64,000 nt of DNA from Candidatus Poribacteria bacterium (GTDB lineage Bacteria > Poribacteria > WGA-4E > PCPOR2b): positions 4,224,001 through 4,288,000 of the forward strand of contig OZ240245.1 of assembly GCA_965198175.1 (NCBI GenBank). Direction: 5' to 3'. The position numbers and the translations under genes are program-made. Under the pieces are notes generated by a model that had not been told where the DNA came from, did no database searches, and worked only from the letters and a program-made list of their open reading frames with translations. Of this stretch, positions 57,405 through 64,000 are shown in pieces (position 1 is the first letter of the stretch; every line of letters starts with the position of its first letter).

Positions 57405-58454
57405 TCACCGCGTTGCTTTGAGATGTCCCCAAGTCGTTAACATCGTCGATTGGGGTTCAACAGACACTGCAGAAATAAACGCTCTCAAATCTTCAACACC
57501 TGTCGAATCTCCAAACGGCGCTGTAACCTCCTGCGCACCGCCAATCGAATTCTCGTCAACCCATACCTTGGTTATGATGCCTGCATCACTCGTAATCTGC
57601 ACATTGTCAACCATCATACCAAATAGACCCGCTGGATTATCCGGATTCTCTCCGTTATCCATACCTACTGTAATGGCGACGATTTGGCTTCCAGCAAAAT
57701 CGTCGAGTGAGACCTTACGATGTTTCCAATCTGACCCAGCATCATCATCAACGAGACCAACGATATTGCCATCGGCAGCGTGGACGTAAACACCGCCCTC
57801 TGTATGGACGCTAATCTCCGAGAACATCACTTGATATTCAAGGGACATACCCGCCTGTATCTCCATCTCTCCTTCCCAGAGCGCGATAAAGCCTTTCGCT
57901 GGCGTGTTTGCACTCGAAATTGTTGCTTCAAACGACAGCACATCGCCTGCTGGCTCGGTTATCACAGCTTCGAGCGGCGCTCCGGTAATCGTGCCCGCCT
58001 CGGTTACCAAGTCCAACCGCTGATCGTTTGAATCTATAATCTTAACATCAAGACCGAGTGTAGATGTTTTCACAGCGACGACCTCAAACGTAACTGTTGC
58101 TAGTGTTCCGTCTCCATTGACTCCGGGGACTGCGCCTAAGAGGGTGGCACCGAATTTGATTTCGCCATCTTCGACATTTGGTGGAAGTGTTGGTGGCCCG
58201 ATGGAGCCCGCTAGGAACTCGCCATTTTGGACGCTGACATAAGAGAGCGCAGTTGGGTCGAACGTAATAGCGATTTGATATCCAAAGACATCTGCTGCAT
58301 TTGTGATGTCAATATTAATTGTAAATTGCTGTGCGACGTTGGGCGATTCCATCACAGGTGGATTGAACGACACGACAGTCTGGCCAAGTGCGATTGATGG
58401 AATCGACCAACAAACGATTGCCGCGCAAACGGTAACCCTCAGTAATTGTTTCAT
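57405..58454 (-). CDS. Secreted cohesin-domain protein
   Basis: SD AAGGAG; signal peptide; FTINIDIT...V.GYQ..I.FDPTAL.YVSV.NGEFL...NGDGTLATVTFEV; tail VSVEPQSTMLTTWGHLK. Confidence 0.8.
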   Translation of the reverse strand: MKQLLRVTVCAAIVCWSIPSIALGQTVVSFNPPVMESPNVAQQFTINIDITNAADVFGYQIAITFDPTALSYVSVQNGEFLAGSIGPPTLPPNVEDGEIKFGATLLGAVPGVNGDGTLATVTFEVVAVKTSTLGLDVKIIDSNDQRLDLVTEAGTITGAPLEAVITEPAGDVLSFEATISSANTPAKGFIALWEGEMEIQAGMSLEYQVMFSEISVHTEGGVYVHAADGNIVGLVDDDAGSDWKHRKVSLDDFAGSQIVAITVGMDNGENPDNPAGLFGMMVDNVQITSDAGIITKVWVDENSIGGAQEVTAPFGDSTGVEDLRAFISAVSVEPQSTMLTTWGHLKATR

Positions 58455-58572
58455 TAGTTTTCTCCTTAAATTGAATACTCCAAAAAGGTAGTATAGTTTA
58501 CTCAACTCAGCTTTGGTTTTTAGTTTGGAGATGCGTCAAGCCACCCGAAAGCTTAGCGTACACATCATTCTA

Positions 58573-59418
58573 TTATCCAAGCAACGCCTGCTTCAGAAAA
58601 GCAATGCCATCTCGCGCCAAAGTCTCCGGCGACTCAGAGAAAAAACGCCAAAAACGCGCAAGCGGGCCCAGCGGGCTTCGCGGGTTGAATGACTCAATGA
58701 CCACATATCCATCGTAGTCGATGTCTCTTAATGCGGTTGCTACATCATCCCAGTGCACTAGTCCTGTGCCGGGAGTTCCTCGATGACTATCGCTGCCGTG
58801 AAAGTGCATTAGTTTATCGTCCGCCAGACGGATGGCATCGCCGAGATTATTCTCCTCATGACTCATGTGAAAAGTGTCGAGATGAATCCCAACGGCAGGG
58901 TGGTTGGCGAGATTGATGAGTTCACGAGCCTCCGCCGCGGTGTTGAGAAAGTTGGTTTCGTAGCGATTGAGTATCTCGATTACAAAGCGCACGCCCGCTT
59001 GGGCGGAATACTCGCCGAGTTCATGCAAGCATTCTGCAGCCTGATTGATACGAGTCCGGCGCGCATCTCCCAAAAGCAACTCTCCACCACCAACGCCGGC
59101 AACGGCTCCAGAAAAAATGGTCGCACCAATCTCGGCACATGTATCAACGGATTGCTTAGCGTAATCAATGCCGTTCTGACGAACGGCAGCATCGGGGTGA
59201 GATAGGTCGCGAACCGCACCGAAGACTCCTACCACAGAAGCAGACATCCCCTCCCCCTCAAGAGCTCGGCGCACCACTCTGGTGTCAATTTCGGCGTCAT
59301 CTTCCGTAGCCAGTTCAATTACCTCTCCGCCCCACGCCTTAATCTGAGGGATGAGCCCCAAATATTCGTCGGTTCGAAAGGGCGAACCCCAGATCCATAG
59401 ATTTACGCCGATTTTCAT
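58573..59418 (-). CDS. Sugar-phosphate isomerase/epimerase (D-psicose/D-tagatose 3-epimerase family)
   Basis: EILNRYET.FLNT, HLDTFHM..EE, HFH..DSHRG.PGTG.V.W, VIESF. Confidence 0.88.
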   Translation of the reverse strand: MKIGVNLWIWGSPFRTDEYLGLIPQIKAWGGEVIELATEDDAEIDTRVVRRALEGEGMSASVVGVFGAVRDLSHPDAAVRQNGIDYAKQSVDTCAEIGATIFSGAVAGVGGGELLLGDARRTRINQAAECLHELGEYSAQAGVRFVIEILNRYETNFLNTAAEARELINLANHPAVGIHLDTFHMSHEENNLGDAIRLADDKLMHFHGSDSHRGTPGTGLVHWDDVATALRDIDYDGYVVIESFNPRSPLGPLARFWRFFSESPETLARDGIAFLKQALLG

Positions 59419-59434
59419 AGCAATCTCCAAATCG

Positions 59435-60400
59435 CTATTCGTACCACAGCTTCGCCGGGGGTTTACGGATCAGTACCTTCTGCAACACGCCGACAGCAAG
59501 CTCAAAACCTTCTTCAGGATCAATTAACGGATCCTCGTGTTCGATAGAGAGGACATCATCGTAACCCACGGTCCTAAGAGTACTGACAAACTTACGCCAG
59601 AATTCCTCGTCGTGCCCATATCCAACAGTTCGAAAGATCCAACTTCGGTTCTCGCAATCTTGGAAATCTTTGGCATCCAGAATCCCGTTCACACGCACAA
59701 CATGTGGATCCGGCAAGCTGTCTTTGGCGTGGGCGTGGTAAATTACGTCGCCGCCGATTGTGCGGATCACTTCTTGGATGTCCATACCCTGCCAAAACAG
59801 ATGAGACGGGTCAAGGTTGCAGCCGACGACTGGTCCAATCGCGTCACGCAGACGCAGAAGTGCCTCGGGTTTAAAGATCATGTCCCCGGGGTGCATTTCA
59901 AAGCAGAGGCGAACGCCGTGATCCTCGGCAATTTGCCCGTGTTCCTTCCAATAAGGGATTAGCCGCTCTTCCCACTGCCACTCGTGCAGGCCCATGTTCC
60001 GAGGCGGAAAGGGATAGAGTATCCAATTGGGCTCCTTGTCACCGGGAACCGCTTCAGGCAGCCCGCCCAGAAGCGTTAAGCGGGTTACTCCAATCTTTTC
60101 AGCGAGTTTACAGGTGTCGTGGAAGTCCTGGTCATATGGTCCAGCAATCGCAGGGTCAGGGTGCAGCGGTTCGCCGTGCATAGCAAAGGCACTGATTGTC
60201 AGTTCAAATTCCGTCAGTGTCTCTTGAAATTTCGCTAGGGCAGAAGAATCTGCCAGCAATTCAGCCGGGCTGCAATGGGTTTTGGGAAAGTATCCTCCGG
60301 CACCAAGTTCGATTGACTCCAACCCCAATTCATGCATTTTTTGGGCAGCTTCCCTCAAAGGGCGAGTCATAAATACTGATGATACCGCACCGAGATGCAT
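59435..60400 (-). CDS. Xylose-isomerase-like TIM-barrel sugar isomerase/epimerase
   Basis: FEMHPG, NLDPSHLFWQG, HAHAKD, WIFRTVGYGH, LSIEHED. Confidence 0.88.
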   Translation of the reverse strand: MHLGAVSSVFMTRPLREAAQKMHELGLESIELGAGGYFPKTHCSPAELLADSSALAKFQETLTEFELTISAFAMHGEPLHPDPAIAGPYDQDFHDTCKLAEKIGVTRLTLLGGLPEAVPGDKEPNWILYPFPPRNMGLHEWQWEERLIPYWKEHGQIAEDHGVRLCFEMHPGDMIFKPEALLRLRDAIGPVVGCNLDPSHLFWQGMDIQEVIRTIGGDVIYHAHAKDSLPDPHVVRVNGILDAKDFQDCENRSWIFRTVGYGHDEEFWRKFVSTLRTVGYDDVLSIEHEDPLIDPEEGFELAVGVLQKVLIRKPPAKLWYE

Positions 60401-60512
60401 CGCTTCGCCTCCTTAGTCATGGAGAAAGTATGCTTGTTTTTGGCATCGAAATCCCCTGTTTTGCCTGCCGATTCTTCGAGCTCGGTGCATGAACTTTAGC
60501 AAATATGAATGC

Positions 60513-60552
60513 AAAAACGAGCTCCAGATTATGGACTTTCTGAAGCTCGTTT
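60513..60552 (-). terminator. Intrinsic terminator after the peroxiredoxin gene
   Basis: - strand AAACGAGCTTCAGA-loop-TCTGGAGCTCG followed by TTTTT. Confidence 0.65.
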
Positions 60553-60585
60553 CATTGCAGGATGAAATCCGTTGAAACATCGCGG

Positions 60586-61059
60586 TTAGTTCAATGCATC
60601 AAGTTCGCGTATCACCTGTGCCACCGCAAGTGTGTTATCCGGCGGCGCGTTTTCAACATGCTTGAAAGCAATCTTGCCATCCCTATCAATGATAATAACA
60701 CCGCGATTTGTAATCCCCACATCGCCAAGCGCCATCCCAAACGTCGTTGATACCGCTAGATTCATATCAGACAAAAGCGGGAATTTCACACCCCCAAGAT
60801 GCTTACTCCATGCCTTATGAGCAAACACTGAGTCGCGGTTAATCGCAATGACCTCCGCATTGTTCGATCGAATATTGTCTAAATCGTCATTAAAGTCCGG
60901 AATCTGGACAGAACACACCGGAGAGAAGTCGAGAGGGTAAAATACCACCACCAGATTCTTCCCTTTGTAATCGCTCAAAGAAACCTCGGTATCCTCTGAA
61001 CCGATAGATCCGCTAAGCGTAAAATTGGGTGCTAGATCGCCAACATTGACGTTAGCCAT
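60586..61059 (-). CDS. Peroxiredoxin (AhpC/TSA, 1-Cys AhpE-like)
   Basis: VGD.APNFTL, FYPLDFSPVC, DSVFAHKAW, FPLLSD, R.VIIID.DG. Confidence 0.9.
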   Translation of the reverse strand: MANVNVGDLAPNFTLSGSIGSEDTEVSLSDYKGKNLVVVFYPLDFSPVCSVQIPDFNDDLDNIRSNNAEVIAINRDSVFAHKAWSKHLGGVKFPLLSDMNLAVSTTFGMALGDVGITNRGVIIIDRDGKIAFKHVENAPPDNTLAVAQVIRELDALN

Positions 61060-61188
61060 GTTATTTGTCCCTTTCTAGAGCACTCGTTGAATTATTGCAC
61101 ATTCTATCATAAACACCCAAGTGTGTCAATTGGAATTGGGGCGTGCGAACTGCATCACGGCTTACACATTAGGTCCACGCATCATTCA

Positions 61189-62751
61189 TCATGAAAGCTG
61201 TACCTCAATCACAGTACATTCTTTTGCCGTTAGAGCATCTTTCAACGCTGGTGCAAACTGATCGATTTTGCGCACGTGAAATCCAGGTACACCGAACGAC
61301 TCGGCAAACTTCACGCTATCGGGTTTCTCGCTCGGCTCCCGGTTATTGATGACAATCACAGGAAGACCAAGCCCATATTGATTCGCCGTAATGAGTTCTC
61401 GTCCTGTCATTGAGAATTCCTCCGTGTCTGTCACGGTGACCACCTGACAATCGGGGTGTGCACACTTGGCGCCAAGCGCCGCCGGAAGCGCATATCCCAT
61501 CGGCCGCAAATCACAAGCATGTAAAAACAATCGAGGGTGGGCGACCTCAAAATTCATGAGCATGGTATCAATCAGGTGCACCCCTCCAACCGAAATAATC
61601 GCTCGATCTTCCAAAGTGTTTCGTAGAATTTGCATCACCTTCAGATCATATCCGTCTCGGTATGTAGACGGCTGCAGTTCAGACCTGAAATCGTTCCACT
61701 GGCTTCTGACTGTTCCTGCACCATTATCAATCGCTTGGATGAGATGAGCTAGCGCCACTTTTGCATCGGCGACGATACCAATCCGCACCGGAAAGTTCCG
61801 CCCAATCTCTTTTTCGTCGATATCGATTTGGATAAGATTTGGCAGCAGACGTGTATTCCAGTTCCCCGCTGTTCGTTGGGACAAACTACATCCAACGGAT
61901 AAGACAACATCTGCTTCTTTAATGAGGGGCAGAATCTGACAATGTACATCAGCCCCCGGTGTGGGCGCCTGCCACGTTAATCCCGCAGATAGTAGATGGT
62001 CTGACGGAATTACCCCCTTGCTCATCGGAGTAGTGCAAATGGGAGCGTTCAGCCGCTCAGCAATCTGAATAAGCTCTGCCCCTGCCTTTGCTGACACCAC
62101 ACCTCCTCCCGCAACAATAAGCGGAGATTTCGCTTGTACCAATAATTCAGCTGTGAGTGCATTCAGGGGAGGTGAAACCCCAGGCATTCTCCGTATCGGT
62201 GTCGCCTTTACAGCAACAGGTTCAGCCAATTCACCCTTTAGAATATCGGCAGGAATTTCCAGATGGACGGGCCTAGGTCTCCCGGTCTGCAACGCCTTGA
62301 ACGCCCGAGCAGTCGCTTCAGTGAGCCCCGCCAAGCTGTCAATCCGTGTATTCCATTTGGCTATCGGTTTGAACAAGTTGAACAGATCGACATACTCAGA
62401 ATCTTCCTTAAGTTTATCCTTGATTTCCTCAGACAGCAACCCATGTAAGGGAACCTGTCCGGTAATTAGCAGTAACGGGATACTATCAGCATAAGCAGCA
62501 GCAAGGCTGACGGCTGCGTTGACCGCCGAGTGACCGCCTGGGGTAATGCACACACCGACGTTGCCGGTTGCACGCGCGTACCCATCCGCCATAAAAGTCG
62601 CGGCTTGACTTGTTTGGGCTGAGAAATACTCTATCTTTTGGGAACTACGCAGGGCATCATAAATGCTCTTGACTTGGTCGCCCGGCGTGCCGAAGATGTG
62701 GTTTATACCGTGTAATTTGAGCAATTTGACAATCAATTCACCGCCTGTCAT
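61189..62751 (-). CDS. Acetolactate-synthase-like ThDP-fold protein with degenerate catalytic and cofactor motifs
   Basis: FG.PG, FMADGYARATG, GRPRPVHLEIP.D, MGYALPAALGAK; RHEQ replaced by QTSQ and GDG replaced by DTE. Confidence 0.85.
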   Translation of the reverse strand: MTGGELIVKLLKLHGINHIFGTPGDQVKSIYDALRSSQKIEYFSAQTSQAATFMADGYARATGNVGVCITPGGHSAVNAAVSLAAAYADSIPLLLITGQVPLHGLLSEEIKDKLKEDSEYVDLFNLFKPIAKWNTRIDSLAGLTEATARAFKALQTGRPRPVHLEIPADILKGELAEPVAVKATPIRRMPGVSPPLNALTAELLVQAKSPLIVAGGGVVSAKAGAELIQIAERLNAPICTTPMSKGVIPSDHLLSAGLTWQAPTPGADVHCQILPLIKEADVVLSVGCSLSQRTAGNWNTRLLPNLIQIDIDEKEIGRNFPVRIGIVADAKVALAHLIQAIDNGAGTVRSQWNDFRSELQPSTYRDGYDLKVMQILRNTLEDRAIISVGGVHLIDTMLMNFEVAHPRLFLHACDLRPMGYALPAALGAKCAHPDCQVVTVTDTEEFSMTGRELITANQYGLGLPVIVINNREPSEKPDSVKFAESFGVPGFHVRKIDQFAPALKDALTAKECTVIEVQLS

Positions 62752-62985
62752 CCCCGATTTAAACCTCCTGAAGCATGATTAGCGCTCCGCAAATGTTCCC
62801 GACCACCTCGAGACCTTTGAATCGAGAGTCGATTGAGCGCACTTGGGGACTACTAATCATGCTCTTCTTCTGAATGTATTGTTTCGTTTCGAATTTTACA
62901 CTTTACAAATGACTCGGTTTCAATTACTATCAGGATGAGGTGTATCCAAGAAAGCCACCGACACAAACTCACGGCAGAGATAACG

Positions 62986-64000
62986 ATGGAAACGCTAACC
63001 CCTTTTGCTGTTGAATTGAATGAACAGATACGATCCGCGAACCCTATTGTCGCTGATTTGCTCTCATCACTTGGGAGACGCATTTACCTTCCGAAGGGTA
63101 TCTTGAGCCAGAGCGCTGAAGCGGCCCAACGCGCAAGTCGCTTCAATGCGACACGGGCAATCGCGCTTGAAAACGGGGGTGTTATGCATCTGTCGAGTTC
63201 ACATCAACTTGTTCCAGAAATCGATCCGAATCTCGTCTACGGGTATGCACCGACGCTAGGGCAAATGGAGTTGCGGTTGCGATGGAAAGCCAGATTGGAA
63301 GCCGAGAATGCATCACTCAAGGGCAAGGCGTTCAGTCTACCCATAGTTACGTGTGGACTGACGCATGGTTTCAGTTTAATTGGAGATCTCTTCGTTAATC
63401 CGGGCGACACACTTGTTATACCGGACAAAATATGGGGAAATTATCGACTAATTTTCCAAACAAAGTGTGGAGCCGAAATTCAGACCTATTCCTTCTACAA
63501 TGCGAGGAGACAACTTAACACGTCAGGTTTTCGTGAAACGCTTAGAAAAATTAGCCAAACTACCGGCAAGTTAATCGTGCTTCTCAATTTCCCACATAAT
63601 CCCACCGGGTTCGCGATTACGGCTGAAGAAGCTGCGGAGATGACACAAGCAATTACCGAAGTTGCAGCGTCAGGTTGTCGCCTGCTTGTGGTCGTCGATG
63701 ATGCTTACTTTGGACTATGGTACGATGATAATGCCCTGCGGGAATCAATCTTCGGCTGGCTGGTAGATGCCCATCCGAACGTTCTAGCGATTAAAATCGA
63801 TGGGGCAACAAAGGAAGAATACGCTTGGGGGTTGCGAGTGGGATTTCTCACCTGTGGCTTGGATGGGGAGGCGATGAAGGGGCTAGAGGACAAAATGACC
63901 GGGTTAATTCGTGCAAACACGTCGGGCGCATCTCAGCTTTCGCAAACTCTGGTGCTTCAGGCAATGGATTCGCCGCAATACACACTTGAGAAAAGTCAGA
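62986..64000 (+). CDS. PLP-dependent class I/II aminotransferase, 3'-partial (not in the ORF track)
   Basis: METLTPFAVELNE...PKGILSQSAEA...FNAT...WGNYRLIF...LNFPHNPTG...VDDAYFG...DGATKEEYAWGLRVGF. Confidence 0.9.
   Translation, partial: METLTPFAVELNEQIRSANPIVADLLSSLGRRIYLPKGILSQSAEAAQRASRFNATRAIALENGGVMHLSSSHQLVPEIDPNLVYGYAPTLGQMELRLRWKARLEAENASLKGKAFSLPIVTCGLTHGFSLIGDLFVNPGDTLVIPDKIWGNYRLIFQTKCGAEIQTYSFYNARRQLNTSGFRETLRKISQTTGKLIVLLNFPHNPTGFAITAEEAAEMTQAITEVAASGCRLLVVVDDAYFGLWYDDNALRESIFGWLVDAHPNVLAIKIDGATKEEYAWGLRVGFLTCGLDGEAMKGLEDKMTGLIRANTSGASQLSQTLVLQAMDSPQYTLEKSQ

Noticed and set aside
1..64000. tRNA, rRNA, known riboswitches, CRISPR arrays
   Set aside because: None recognised by eye; tRNAscan-SE and Infernal would be needed to exclude them formally

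Overview
This is a 64-kb bacterial chromosomal window. It is most likely from a Candidatus Poribacteria-like (sponge-associated) genome. That is inferred from the secreted-protein tails NYPNPFNPETWIPY and VxPxxxxxTTWGxLK, the WD40 N-terminus WGLPDGAKARLGKG, and the cadherin/dockerin/cohesin content; no database check was possible. Housekeeping and metabolic genes include split rfaE1/rfaE2, gmhB, a nucleotide-sugar dehydrogenase, coaD, glpK with an NtrB/NtrC-type pair, an Fe-ADH, a DAG-kinase-family gene, two tandem aldo/keto reductases, a minus-strand carbohydrate/sugar-acid catabolic block, a peroxiredoxin and a partial aminotransferase. These are interleaved with large secreted repeat proteins: a 2016-aa CBM9-like/repeat protein, a 14-repeat WD40, a 2523-aa Zn-protease/cadherin/dockerin protein, propeller proteins and a cohesin protein. 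Mobile or decayed DNA comprises one IS5-family element, an inverted pair of MITE-like elements that truncate two convergent genes, REP-like motifs and an isochorismatase pseudogene. The most notable observations are: (1) a ~35-45 bp DNA repeat present four times inside one ORF, in different frames and both orientations; (2) a gapless 67-aa module shared by two unrelated envelope proteins; (3) near-identical sigma-54 promoters on both FlgD-tailed secreted genes, one cut off from its gene by the IS; (4) a dockerin/cohesin pair plus a shared C-terminal sorting-like motif, suggesting a non-cellulosomal surface assembly system; (5) a FimB-like recombinase lacking its catalytic tyrosine, and a ThDP-fold pseudoenzyme. 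No rRNA, tRNA or CRISPR array was recognised.
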